Shown here: positions 27,972-38,035 of the stretch, in pieces | Layout of the letters: each line of letters begins with the position of its first letter | Position numbering within the stretch: position 1 is the stretch's first letter | DNA from: Actinomycetes bacterium | GTDB taxonomy: Bacteria; Actinomycetota; Actinomycetes; S36-B12; GCA-2699445 | DNA: 64,000 nt | Reading direction: 5' to 3' | Assembly (NCBI GenBank): GCA_022599915.1 | Contig: JAHZLH010000027.1 | Span: 5,610-69,609, forward strand | The notes under the pieces: generated by a model | The model's input: the letters and a program-made list of their open reading frames with translations, nothing else | The model's database searches: none | What the model was told of the DNA's origin: nothing | Translations under genes and position numbers: made by a program

Positions 27972-29501
27972 TCAGGCTTCTTCTTCGCGCGCTTCCGCAG
28001 CCTTCACCTCGTCGGTCTGAGCTAGGGCTTGCTCGGCGACGCGTTCATCCATCAGGGCACCAGCACGAGTACGGGAATAGGAAAAGAAGACGACCATCCC
28101 GATAGCGAGCCAGGCAAACAACCGCAGCCAGGTACTCAGCGGCAGTGTCGCCATAATCAGCAGTGAACTCACGATCGCCAAGATAGGGATGGTGTAGCCA
28201 CCGGGAACCTTGAAATTCCGGGGCAAATCTGGCCGAGTCCGCCGAAGTACCATGACCGCGACTGCGACAATGATGAATGCCAACAACGTGCCGATGGACA
28301 CCAACTCGACAAGGACACTTGACGGCAAGACTCCGGACATCACGGCCGCTGCCACACCACACAGCAAAATACTTCGCACCGGCGTTCCCGTTTTCCCACT
28401 AACCCGACCAAACATTGCCGGCAACATCCGGTCTTGCGACATGCGCATCAAAATCCTGGTCTGCCCGTACAGCAGTGCCAACACTGAAGCACCCAGTCCA
28501 ATGACCGCGCCGACATCAACGACGTCCCCGACCCAGCCAAGATTTACCGCATCAAGCGCAGCAGATAGGGCATTGGCTTCGTTAAGGACCGTATAGGAGA
28601 CCAGCCCAACCAGAACCGCACCAACCATGACGTACAGCCCGGTCGCGATCCCCAACGAACCTAGGATGCCAATGGGTACGGTTCGGCGCGGGTTCTTTGC
28701 TTCCTGAGCAGCGGTACACACCACATCAAATGAAATGAAGCCATAGAAGACCAGGCCAGCCGCAGAGAGCACCCCGGTCCAGCCGAAGTCCCCGAAGGTA
28801 CCGTCGTTCTCCGGAACAAAGGGCTCATAGTTGTCACCGCTGATGGCCGTGGCACCGACGACGATGAACAGCAGCAGCGTCCCGACTTTGATCAACACCA
28901 GGAAGGTCGTTGCCCGGGCGGACTCCTTGGCTCCGGACGCTAACAGGGAGGTGACGAGCAGCACCAAAAGTACCGCGGGCAGATTAATCCAGCCAGTGGG
29001 CTGATCACCTGATCCCGCGACTGGAGCAGCTAGGAGTTCCTGCGGCAGTGGCAGTCCCACCTCTTCCATGAGGTTAGCGAAATAGGCAGACCAACCACTG
29101 GCGACGTTGGCCGCACCAAAGAGGTACTCAACGAGCAGATCCCAACCGATCACCCAGGCAACAAAAATACCCAACGCCGCGTAGGCATAGGAGTACGTTG
29201 AACCCGCTAGCGGAATCATCCCCGCCAGTTCCGCGTAGGACAGCGCGCTAAACCCCGCCACTACCCCGGCAATCAAGAAAGCGATGACCACCGCAGGCCC
29301 AGCTCGGGTCGCTGCCGCTTCACCTGTCACGACGAAGATGCCAGCCCCGACCACCGCAGCAACCCCCATAGCGACTAGTGAGAAGGTGCCGATAGAACGG
29401 CGCAGACCGCTGGAGTCGGCATCGGCCTCCATGATTGTGGCATCGATAGCGCTCTGCGGCGTTCGATGTGAATGCAATGCTGACGGCTTACTTTGCGACA
29501 T
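27972..29501 (-). CDS. APC family amino acid permease
   Basis: GAGIFVVTG, AGPAVVIAF, SYAELA, QEAKNPRR, about 12 TM segments. Confidence 0.95.
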   Translation of the reverse strand: MSQSKPSALHSHRTPQSAIDATIMEADADSSGLRRSIGTFSLVAMGVAAVVGAGIFVVTGEAAATRAGPAVVIAFLIAGVVAGFSALSYAELAGMIPLAGSTYSYAYAALGIFVAWVIGWDLLVEYLFGAANVASGWSAYFANLMEEVGLPLPQELLAAPVAGSGDQPTGWINLPAVLLVLLVTSLLASGAKESARATTFLVLIKVGTLLLFIVVGATAISGDNYEPFVPENDGTFGDFGWTGVLSAAGLVFYGFISFDVVCTAAQEAKNPRRTVPIGILGSLGIATGLYVMVGAVLVGLVSYTVLNEANALSAALDAVNLGWVGDVVDVGAVIGLGASVLALLYGQTRILMRMSQDRMLPAMFGRVSGKTGTPVRSILLCGVAAAVMSGVLPSSVLVELVSIGTLLAFIIVAVAVMVLRRTRPDLPRNFKVPGGYTIPILAIVSSLLIMATLPLSTWLRLFAWLAIGMVVFFSYSRTRAGALMDERVAEQALAQTDEVKAAEAREEEA

Positions 29502-29711
29502 CGCCCTACCTCACACTGCTGCCATCCAAATACTCAATCCAGAGCAAGACGGTCGCGCAGTTCAACGACTTTGCTTCAAGATGTCAGATTCCCATCGACG
29601 TCGCGTGCCGACGCTCATTCTCAGCCGACCACCGTGATAAGCGGCCATTCTGTTTCAGCAAGGCATGGCGCCAACAGGCATCACGAGTGCCAATCTCACT
29701 AATCTGCCGCC

Positions 29712-30467
29712 ATGGATAAGTACTCCAACGGCGTGCTGTTTCTCAGCGAATTCGTAGGGACCGCACTGCTGTTGCTAATCGGTGTCGGTGTCTGCGCGAA
29801 CACGACGCTAAAGAAAGCGTTCGGGTATGGCCGCGACTGGCTGCTTATCTCGATGGGCTGGGCGTTCGGCGTTTTCGTCGGCGCCAGTGTCGCCTGGCGG
29901 TCCGGGGCGCAACTGAACCCCGCCGTGACCATTTCACAGGCTATGAGCGATTCCATGGAGTGGTCGCTGGTGCCGATGTTCCTAGTGGCGCAACTGCTGG
30001 GTGCCATGACCGGTGCAGTGCTGGCCTACTTGGTCTACAAGAAACAGTTCGACACTCACGACGAGCCCGAGAACACTGGTGGCATCTTCTTCACCGGGCC
30101 ATCAGTACCTTCACCACCGTGGAACATCGTTTCTGAGGCGATCGGTACCTTCGTGCTGATCATTTGGGTGCTGGAAAGTTCCCCGTTCACTATTGGTATC
30201 GGTGACGCGATCGTGGCGGACAACACCCAATCGGCATTGAGCTACGCCGCCGTTGCTTTCGTAGTGTTAGCTATCGGTGCGTCTCTTGGTGGCGCTACCG
30301 GCTATGCGATCAACCCCGCCCGCGACTTGGGCCCCCGAATCATCTACACGATCCTGCCGATCAAGGGCAAAGGCTCATCCAACTGGAGCTACTCGTGGGT
30401 CCCGATCGTTGGTCCCTTCGTCGGTGCAGCGGCCGCCACCGGGTTGTTCTGGTTAGGACAAATATGA
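29712..30467 (+). CDS. glpF: MIP family aquaglyceroporin
   Basis: SGAQLNPAVT and GYAINPARDLGPR (the NPARD form is glycerol-facilitator type). Confidence 0.92.
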   Translation: MDKYSNGVLFLSEFVGTALLLLIGVGVCANTTLKKAFGYGRDWLLISMGWAFGVFVGASVAWRSGAQLNPAVTISQAMSDSMEWSLVPMFLVAQLLGAMTGAVLAYLVYKKQFDTHDEPENTGGIFFTGPSVPSPPWNIVSEAIGTFVLIIWVLESSPFTIGIGDAIVADNTQSALSYAAVAFVVLAIGASLGGATGYAINPARDLGPRIIYTILPIKGKGSSNWSYSWVPIVGPFVGAAAATGLFWLGQI

Positions 30468-30528
30468 CCGCTCCGGTCGCCGCAGCACGACGATGAGCGC
30501 AACCGGCGTGATTGGGTAACAATGGGCT

Positions 30529-31881
30529 ATGGCCGAAGTCCCAAAGCGTGCGATCAGCCGTAGCGCCAAGATGGCTGCCCTTCCGTTGGGCCACTTCGGG
30601 CGTACGGCCGCCGGTTGGGGTAAGCGCCTGGGTGGTAAGCCAGCTGAGGCGGTCACTGCGGAGATGCAGCAGCGCACTGCGGCCCAGGTTTTTAAAGTCC
30701 TAGGAGAGCTTAAGGGCGGGGCGATGAAGCTCGGCCAAGCGATGAGCGTCTTCGAGGCCGCGCTGCCGGAGGAAATGGTGGGCCCCTACCGGGCTACGTT
30801 GACTAAGTTGCAGGAAGCAGCACCGCCACTGCCGATGTCCACGGTGGATGACGTACTCACCGATCAACTTGGAGCGGACTGGCAGTCACGGTTCGCGGAG
30901 TTCGACGAGAATCCAGCCGCCGCTGCATCTATTGGTCAGGTCCACCGCGCGACCTATCGTGACGGCCGAACCGTGGCAGTCAAGATTCAGTACCCTGGCG
31001 CCGCGAAGGCACTAGCCAGCGATCTGAACCAGATGGTGCGTATGGGTCGATTGATGGGCTCATGGATTCCTGGGATCGAAATGAAACCGCTGCTGGAGGA
31101 ACTCCGAGAACGGGTCTTGGAGGAACTCGACTACCTCGCAGAGTCGAACAACCAACGAAAATTCGCGGTGGCCTTTGAGGGCGATCCCGACTTCTTAGTG
31201 CCACACATACTGGCGGCTGCGCCACAGGTACTCGTGAGCGAATGGGTGGATGGCACCCCGATGTCGCGGATCATTGCGGAAGGAACCCGAGCCGAACGGG
31301 ATCGTGCGGGCCTGTTGTACCAACGTTTCCTGCTGTGCGGCCCGGCCCGAGCAGGTTTGCTTCATGCTGATCCTCATCCCGGGAACTTCCGACTCACGGC
31401 GGACGGAAAGTTGGCCGTACTCGACTTTGGTGCCGTCGCCCATATGCCCGGCGGACTGCCGCCAGCTATCGGCCGGATGTTGCGCATCGCCTTGCACGGT
31501 GATGCCGAAACGGTGATGGCTGGGTTGCAGGAAGAGGGCTTCATCCGACCTCACATCACCATCGATTCCGAGCGCCTACTGGACTACCTCAGTCCCTTCA
31601 TCGAACCTGCCGAGGTTGAAGAGTTTCACTACTCTCGGGAGTGGCTGCGGGGGCTGTTCGATCGTGTGAAAGACCCGACCCGACCTGACTTCGCCGTGGG
31701 CCTGAAAATGAACCTCCCTCCCTCCTACGCGCTAGTACATCGGGTGTGGGTGGGAGCTACCGGGGTCGCCTGCCAACTAGACGCATATGTCCCCATGCGG
31801 GCAGAGATGGAGCGCTGGCTACCTGGCTTCACCGACGGAGAACTGCCGCCGGTTCGAGAACCAGTAGACGTTACCGACTAA
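30529..31881 (+). CDS. AarF/UbiB/ABC1 family atypical kinase (Rv3197-like)
   Basis: KGGAMKLGQ, AAASIGQVH, VAVKIQYPG, HADPHPGN, LDFG. Confidence 0.95.
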   Translation: MAEVPKRAISRSAKMAALPLGHFGRTAAGWGKRLGGKPAEAVTAEMQQRTAAQVFKVLGELKGGAMKLGQAMSVFEAALPEEMVGPYRATLTKLQEAAPPLPMSTVDDVLTDQLGADWQSRFAEFDENPAAAASIGQVHRATYRDGRTVAVKIQYPGAAKALASDLNQMVRMGRLMGSWIPGIEMKPLLEELRERVLEELDYLAESNNQRKFAVAFEGDPDFLVPHILAAAPQVLVSEWVDGTPMSRIIAEGTRAERDRAGLLYQRFLLCGPARAGLLHADPHPGNFRLTADGKLAVLDFGAVAHMPGGLPPAIGRMLRIALHGDAETVMAGLQEEGFIRPHITIDSERLLDYLSPFIEPAEVEEFHYSREWLRGLFDRVKDPTRPDFAVGLKMNLPPSYALVHRVWVGATGVACQLDAYVPMRAEMERWLPGFTDGELPPVREPVDVTD

Positions 31882-31899
31882 CGATCGGTCCACGGCAAC

Positions 31900-33972
31900 T
31901 CATCGAGACGGTGGCTCGGGCGTCTGCGTACCGACCGCCTGCACCATTCCCAGTAAGTCGTCCGCGTAGCGGGTCATCCGGTCGGTATTCATCCCAGGGA
32001 TCTGCGCAAGTGCGGCTGCATCTTGTGGCAGGGTCTCTGAGATGCCTTGCAACGCCGTAGAACTGAGCACCGCGTAACTGGGCACACCTAGGGCAATCGC
32101 GGTCAGCCGCCGCCACTGCTCCAACTGGGCGAGCAACAACTCATCAGCGTTACCTGGGCAACTGCGACAGCGCCCTAGCCCTCGTTCGATTCCGGTGACC
32201 AGCGCACTGCCACAGACTCGACAGCGGGCGGGTGGGCGCTGCTCACCGGCTCGGCTGTCCATACCAGCGGGGGTCACGCGATCGGACAGATCTAGCACCG
32301 CGTCCGCTGGAGTACCGACTGGTGCGATTCGATCAAGCAGTGGCGAGATTCGACGTCGTCCGGCGGGTCGGCCAGCAGCACCCCAGGTAATCATCAACCG
32401 GTGACGGGGCCGGGTGACGCCAACGTAGACCAGTCGTCGCTCCTCTTCCAGTTCCTCCGCGTTGACAGCCGACAGCGGCAACATGCCGTCCCAGGCGCCA
32501 ATCAGGAAAACCGTGTCCCATTCCAGTCCCTTGGCCGAATGCAGTGTCAACAGGGAGACGCCTGGCGGTCGAGGCGGATCTCGGTCAGCGCCACGTCGCT
32601 CTAGTTCCGCCACAAGTTCTGCACCGGTACCGATCTGTGGCACTAGCCCGGCTAGGGCCGCTAGCGATTCCCACCGCTTTCGGCCCGCCGCACCGTCAAC
32701 TGGCTCACTGCCATGCGCCATCGCTGTAGCCACTTCTTGCCAACATTCGGCCGCAGACTTCGCTGGCCCGGTGCGCAACTCCCCTCGAATCCGAGTGATT
32801 GCTTCCCGCACCTCCGCACGGTCGAAGAATCGCTCCGAGCCATACACCGCATAAGGAATTCCGCGGGCCCGCAACGCCTCCCCCACCGGTCTGGCCTGGG
32901 CATTGGTGCGAAACAACACCGCCATCTCGCGATAGTCGTGGCCGCCGGCGCCCAGCACTTCGATTTCTGCCGCCACTCCAGCCGCCTCTGCCGCATCACT
33001 GGGGTACTGCAAAACTTGGACTGAACCAGCCCGATCACTTGTGTCCGGGCGCAGTTGCGTGGCTCGAGGGATACCGGCCCCAACGGTGTTTGCTACTTCA
33101 ACGATCTGCGGTGCGCACCGATAGGTAGTTGGTAAGCGAACGACGGTGGCACCGGGGTAACGCTGCGGGAACGACGCAATCAACGTAGCGTCAGCCCCAG
33201 CGAAACCATAGATCGCTTGGGCCGGGTCACCTACGGCACACAATTGACCACGGTCTCCGAGCCACAAGTCCAAGAGCCGCTGTTGCAGCGGGCTGACGTC
33301 CTGATACTCATCGACAGTGAACCACCGATATTGCCGACGAACGCTTTCCCGCACGTCGCTGCGACTTTGTAGCATGCCGATGGTGATGAGCAACACGTCA
33401 GCAAAGTCAATGACTCCGGCGGCGCTCTTGGCCTCTTCATAGGCGCTCATGGCCTGAGCAATACTGCCCGGATCGATACTTACTGGATCGCGTTGCATGC
33501 CGGCGGCCGCAGCCGCATAATCGGCTGGGTCGATGCACCTGGCCCTCGCCCAATCCAACTCCTCGCCGAGCAGTTCTGGTGGAATGTCGGTGCCGGCTCG
33601 CTTGATGGCCTGTCCTAGCAAGACTGACCGATCACCAACCAGTCGAGCTGGTTCACCGCCGATGACCTCACCCCAAAAGTGCCGAAGTTGCCGCAGCGCT
33701 GCGGCATGGAAGGTTCGAGCTGCCACCCCGGTTACCCCCAGCGCAGCCAATCGGCCTCCCACCTCACCAGCGGCACGTGCGGTAAATGTCAGTGCCATTG
33801 CTCGGTGTGACTCGATCGCACCGGTACGGACCCCGTAAGCCAGACGCCGGGTGACCGTCCTGGTTTTTCCGGAACCGGGACCGGCGACAATCAGTACCGG
33901 CCCGTCGTGCGCGGTGGCGGCCTCGCGTTGTTCTGGGTTCAACCCGTTCAAGATCTCCGCTGGGTCGCTCAT
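31900..33972 (-). CDS. uvrD2: ATP-dependent DNA helicase UvrD2
   Basis: AGPGSGKT, VDEYQD, HSAKGLEW, tetracysteine CRVC...CRSC, C-terminal HRDC-like domain; ATGA overlap with nudC. Confidence 0.92.
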   Translation of the reverse strand: MSDPAEILNGLNPEQREAATAHDGPVLIVAGPGSGKTRTVTRRLAYGVRTGAIESHRAMALTFTARAAGEVGGRLAALGVTGVAARTFHAAALRQLRHFWGEVIGGEPARLVGDRSVLLGQAIKRAGTDIPPELLGEELDWARARCIDPADYAAAAAGMQRDPVSIDPGSIAQAMSAYEEAKSAAGVIDFADVLLITIGMLQSRSDVRESVRRQYRWFTVDEYQDVSPLQQRLLDLWLGDRGQLCAVGDPAQAIYGFAGADATLIASFPQRYPGATVVRLPTTYRCAPQIVEVANTVGAGIPRATQLRPDTSDRAGSVQVLQYPSDAAEAAGVAAEIEVLGAGGHDYREMAVLFRTNAQARPVGEALRARGIPYAVYGSERFFDRAEVREAITRIRGELRTGPAKSAAECWQEVATAMAHGSEPVDGAAGRKRWESLAALAGLVPQIGTGAELVAELERRGADRDPPRPPGVSLLTLHSAKGLEWDTVFLIGAWDGMLPLSAVNAEELEEERRLVYVGVTRPRHRLMITWGAAGRPAGRRRISPLLDRIAPVGTPADAVLDLSDRVTPAGMDSRAGEQRPPARCRVCGSALVTGIERGLGRCRSCPGNADELLLAQLEQWRRLTAIALGVPSYAVLSSTALQGISETLPQDAAALAQIPGMNTDRMTRYADDLLGMVQAVGTQTPEPPSR

Positions 33973-34892
33973 GGCCGTGACCACTCCCCGGGCAGTTCCG
34001 CGCCGTACCACTGCTGAATCAACCAACGGGAAATGCTCAACGCTGGTGGTAGCCGAATGTCCCCGGCTGCGCTGGCGGCCGCGAGAGCATCACGAGTGAC
34101 CCAGACCGCTTCCTCGATTTCGTCGCCATCCGGCTGCGGCTCGGTGAAATCCACTCGGGCATGGAATCCAACCATCAATGAGTTGGGAAATGGCCACGGC
34201 TGACTACCCAGATGTTCCACCGCCACAACCTTCAAGCCCACTTCCTCAGCAACCTCGCGAGCCACTGCTGCCGCCAAGGTTTCGCCGGGTTCCACGAACC
34301 CTGCCAGGGTGGAAAACCATCCCGTTGGCCAGCGTTTGCGGCGACCCAACAACGCTTGGTCGCCACCGTCATGCACCAACATGATCACGGCCGGATCGAC
34401 CCGCGGAAAATGACGAGTACCGTCCGCGGGGCAGCGGCGCTGCCAGCCCGCTTCTACCTGCTCGGTAGCGGTGCCACATCGGGGACAGTAGCCATGACTG
34501 CCATGCCAGTTGGCCAGCGCGACCGCGCCGAACAACTCCGCGGCATCATTGCGCTGCAGCTCCCGCAGCGGCAACCATGCAGCCGATCCGGTCGCAGTTG
34601 GATCTTCGGCCAGCACGCTGGCGGGGTCGGTGGGAAGGGCGACGGCAAAGCGAGCGTGCCCATCAGCGTCAACGCCCAGCAACACCCAGCAAAGCCGCTC
34701 GTCCGGCGCGGCTGAAGTCGGCAACCACTGGGGACGATCATCGTCTCCCACCGCGATCTGCCCCTCGCGAATCAGAACGATTCGGCTGTCTGGGTCTTGC
34801 CAGCGTTGTTCAACCCAATCGGTCTCACCGCGTTTGTCCGCCACCGGGTCCCACTGCGGGCCGGGCGGCACCGAACCGATCTGGCTTTCCAT
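33969..34892 (-). CDS. nudC: NADH pyrophosphatase
   Basis: CPRCG zinc ribbon, Nudix box AGFVEPGET...REVAEEVG, SQPWPFPNS. Confidence 0.95.
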   Translation of the reverse strand: MESQIGSVPPGPQWDPVADKRGETDWVEQRWQDPDSRIVLIREGQIAVGDDDRPQWLPTSAAPDERLCWVLLGVDADGHARFAVALPTDPASVLAEDPTATGSAAWLPLRELQRNDAAELFGAVALANWHGSHGYCPRCGTATEQVEAGWQRRCPADGTRHFPRVDPAVIMLVHDGGDQALLGRRKRWPTGWFSTLAGFVEPGETLAAAVAREVAEEVGLKVVAVEHLGSQPWPFPNSLMVGFHARVDFTEPQPDGDEIEEAVWVTRDALAAASAAGDIRLPPALSISRWLIQQWYGAELPGEWSRP

Positions 34893-34951
34893 CCGCACAG
34901 CCTAGACAGCAGCGCGCGATCGCGGAAGCCCGGAGTCGGGTAACCCCATCG

Positions 34952-37900
34952 CTACTCGGTGACTGGGAACACCAGCTCAGGGACATCGACGGCCGGCAAA
35001 TCGTCAAAGACTCGTTCACTGCCGTCATCGAGCTGTACAAAAACGCCTCGAATCCGCTCCGGTGGACTGCCAGTAGCTGCTGCCCAGGCGGCTTGGTAGA
35101 CCGACAGTTGCTGCGGGTCAGCCCGCTTCAGCGAACCGGTCTTCCAGTCCACCACTTCCCAATCAAAGTCAGCATGATCACAGCGGAACACCGCGTCGAT
35201 CCGCCCCGTCAACACCACTCCAGCCGTTTCAATCACAAAGGAATGCTCGACGGCGGCTGGTTCCATCTCCGCAAATCGGGTCTGCGCGAAGAGTTCCTCA
35301 AACTCACGGTTCTGTGCTGCTTCGGTCTCATCCCCCATCCAGTCGGCCAGATCGAACAACTCCTGTTGGCCCATTCGCTGCTCGACGTAGGCATGAAACT
35401 GGGTGCCGCGCTCAGCTGCTGCTGACGGGCGCGTGGGCATCGGTCGAATCAGATCCGCTAGGAATCGTTCCGGATCCTTGCGCCACTGCAGCAACCTGCT
35501 GACCGACAGCACCTCGGGGAGTCGAACGAGTGCGGCTGTGTCTCGTTCAGCTTGCCGCAGCCGCAGCAACCCTTCGATCTCGTCCTGCCACGGACCAGCA
35601 AGCAGTTGATTCGCAACCTCTGGATCCTGCTGCAACTGAGTGAGGGTGCGATTTACCTCGTCGGCCAAACTGACCGCTTCGTCCGCTAACGACGTCGCCG
35701 GCCAGGTAATCAATGGCTGGTCCGGTCCTACAGCTCGTGGATCATCACCGGGCTCGTCCTGCCATGTGTCAATCACTCCGCCGGTCTCGCGACACGCTTG
35801 AGCAATCCGGAGCAGGTACGGCGACGGCTCTCGGGGTTTCTGTTGATCACCCCACCAGTGGCTGGAGGCGATCAACTCGTGTTCGGCTCGAGTCACTGCC
35901 ACGTAGGCCAGCCGGTCCTCATCCAGCCGATGTTCCTCAGCGCACGCCTCCCGATAGTCCTTCTCATCCGCGGTGGTGGAATCGGCTGCGGGGAAGCCCA
36001 GTTTCCGGCCCACGTCCGGTTCATCGGGGGCTACCGGCGGGATGGCACGACTACTCGTGGCCCAGCGACCACCGCGCATGCTCGTGGGGAACTGCTTATC
36101 CCGCAGGAACGGCAATACGACTACCGGGAATTCCAAACCTTTCGCCGCATGCACCGTCATGACTCGTACCCCGTCACCACTGGGCACCTCTCGTGAGCCG
36201 GGACTGTCATCGAATCGCTGGCAGTCCGCAAGGTAGGCGACAAACTCCCCCAGCGAACGACCACCGCTTAGTGAACGGAATTGCCGCGCCAGCTCCAACA
36301 ACCCAATCAGCGGCTGCGGCAATCGTCCAGACCCCGGCGGAATGATCAGTGGCGCTAGGAGCTCAATGACTTCTGCGACGATCTCAGCGACCGGACGCTC
36401 CCGAAACTTCCCCAACAAGTCGAGTTCTGCCAAGAAGGCGGCGAATCGCTGCCGACCCACCGCTGAGTACTGGTAGAGGTCAGCTGGGCCGGGATCGGAT
36501 ACCGCGTCCAGGAGCGACACCTCCACACTCGACCCGGTCGCTTGCTCGGTCAGCCACGCAGCGCGACGACCCAGCAGCGCCAGATCACGCGGCCCCACCC
36601 GCCAACGCGGGCCGCTGAGTTGATGCACTAACTCCGGGTTCGCGTACGGGTCAACCAGCAACTTCAACAGGTCGGTCACCCAAACAACTTCCGGGGTGGC
36701 CAACAGTTCCTGCTTAGAGGCAATCTGCAGCGGTAGACCCCGTTCCCGCAGTTCAGCGGTTACTGCCGCAGCCTGACTGTTGGTACGGCACAACACGGCA
36801 ATATCGGCGGAGCGTCGTTTGGTTATTTGCTCCGTGATTTGCTCCCCGACCCACGCCAGTTCGTCCGCTTCAGTAGCCAACAGCGCGCACCGCAACGCAG
36901 CGGGCTGCGCGTCGGTAGCCGGCACTAGCGGCTGCACTTGGTGATGTAGCTGTTGCAGTTCGGCAGCAATCAGATTGGCTGCAGTCAACACCTCCGGACC
37001 GGAACGTCGGTTGATTGTCAGGTTGTAAGCCGCGGCGGGTTGCTGATCGGCTCGCGGGAAGTGATGTTGGAACTCATCGATATTGGTCACGCTAGCCCCA
37101 CGCCAACCGTAGATCGCCTGACAGGGGTCGCCGACTGCAGTGACCGGATGCCCCTCCCCGAAGATGTCTTGCAGGAAGCAGCGTTGCACCCGCGAGGTGT
37201 CTTGGTATTCATCCAACAGCACCACACCGAATCGCTGCCGCAGCCGCTGTCGCACCAGCGGAATGGCACGGATGAGCTCCGCCGCGAGCCGTTGAATATC
37301 AGCGAAGTCGAGGTATTCACCTGCAATCTTGCTGTCACGTAGTTGATCCACCAAGCGACTCAGCCGAATGCGTTCCGCAGCCGCCTCCGACACCGAACTA
37401 CGGATGGAGTCAGGAGCGCTCCCGGTCGCCATCAGTTGCAGCAGTTCTTGGTCGAACTCACGCAGTTCGGCAGTATCGGTATCCAGATTGGCTAGGGCGT
37501 CGTCCATCGCCAGTATTTTTCCGGCGAGGCCCACTACCGAACCGGTCAACCCGGTAGCGTCAGCGGGCTGACAGGCAACCCGGTAGGCCAACCGACTGCG
37601 CTGAGCGTCGGTGAGCAGCTGCGCCTCTTCCTCTACCCCCAGTAGCGCACCAAACTCGTTCAACACCCGGCGGGCAAAGGCGTCGTAGGTGAGCACCGTT
37701 GGTTCTAGTTCGTCAGCGCTTCGATTCCCTGGCAGCAGTTCGAGCCCGCGCCGCACTCGACTGCGTAACTCTGCCGCAGCCTTATTGGTGAAGGTCAACC
37801 CCAACACTTGCCCTGGTGGCAGCGCCCCGCTACCGACCAGCCAAACCACTCGTGCGGCCATGACTGCGGTTTTACCGGTACCCGCGCCAGCCACGATTAG

Positions 37901-38035
37901 TTGTGGCGCAAGTTCCGCGGTTGCCGCTGCCAACTGCTCTTGGCTGTACGACAACCGGAACAGTTGGGACAGTTGTTCTGGTCGCTGCAGTGCTGGCCCG
38001 TCACTGGCGGAACCATCACGATTCTGGTTCGTCAC
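34952..38035 (-). CDS. adnB: Helicase-nuclease AdnB
   Basis: AGAGTGKT, LDEYQDT, HAAKGLEF, C-terminal RecB-like nuclease GRIDAVF/VDWKTG/QLSVY. GTG overlaps the adnA TAG. Confidence 0.9.
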   Translation of the reverse strand: MTNQNRDGSASDGPALQRPEQLSQLFRLSYSQEQLAAATAELAPQLIVAGAGTGKTAVMAARVVWLVGSGALPPGQVLGLTFTNKAAAELRSRVRRGLELLPGNRSADELEPTVLTYDAFARRVLNEFGALLGVEEEAQLLTDAQRSRLAYRVACQPADATGLTGSVVGLAGKILAMDDALANLDTDTAELREFDQELLQLMATGSAPDSIRSSVSEAAAERIRLSRLVDQLRDSKIAGEYLDFADIQRLAAELIRAIPLVRQRLRQRFGVVLLDEYQDTSRVQRCFLQDIFGEGHPVTAVGDPCQAIYGWRGASVTNIDEFQHHFPRADQQPAAAYNLTINRRSGPEVLTAANLIAAELQQLHHQVQPLVPATDAQPAALRCALLATEADELAWVGEQITEQITKRRSADIAVLCRTNSQAAAVTAELRERGLPLQIASKQELLATPEVVWVTDLLKLLVDPYANPELVHQLSGPRWRVGPRDLALLGRRAAWLTEQATGSSVEVSLLDAVSDPGPADLYQYSAVGRQRFAAFLAELDLLGKFRERPVAEIVAEVIELLAPLIIPPGSGRLPQPLIGLLELARQFRSLSGGRSLGEFVAYLADCQRFDDSPGSREVPSGDGVRVMTVHAAKGLEFPVVVLPFLRDKQFPTSMRGGRWATSSRAIPPVAPDEPDVGRKLGFPAADSTTADEKDYREACAEEHRLDEDRLAYVAVTRAEHELIASSHWWGDQQKPREPSPYLLRIAQACRETGGVIDTWQDEPGDDPRAVGPDQPLITWPATSLADEAVSLADEVNRTLTQLQQDPEVANQLLAGPWQDEIEGLLRLRQAERDTAALVRLPEVLSVSRLLQWRKDPERFLADLIRPMPTRPSAAAERGTQFHAYVEQRMGQQELFDLADWMGDETEAAQNREFEELFAQTRFAEMEPAAVEHSFVIETAGVVLTGRIDAVFRCDHADFDWEVVDWKTGSLKRADPQQLSVYQAAWAAATGSPPERIRGVFVQLDDGSERVFDDLPAVDVPELVFPVTE

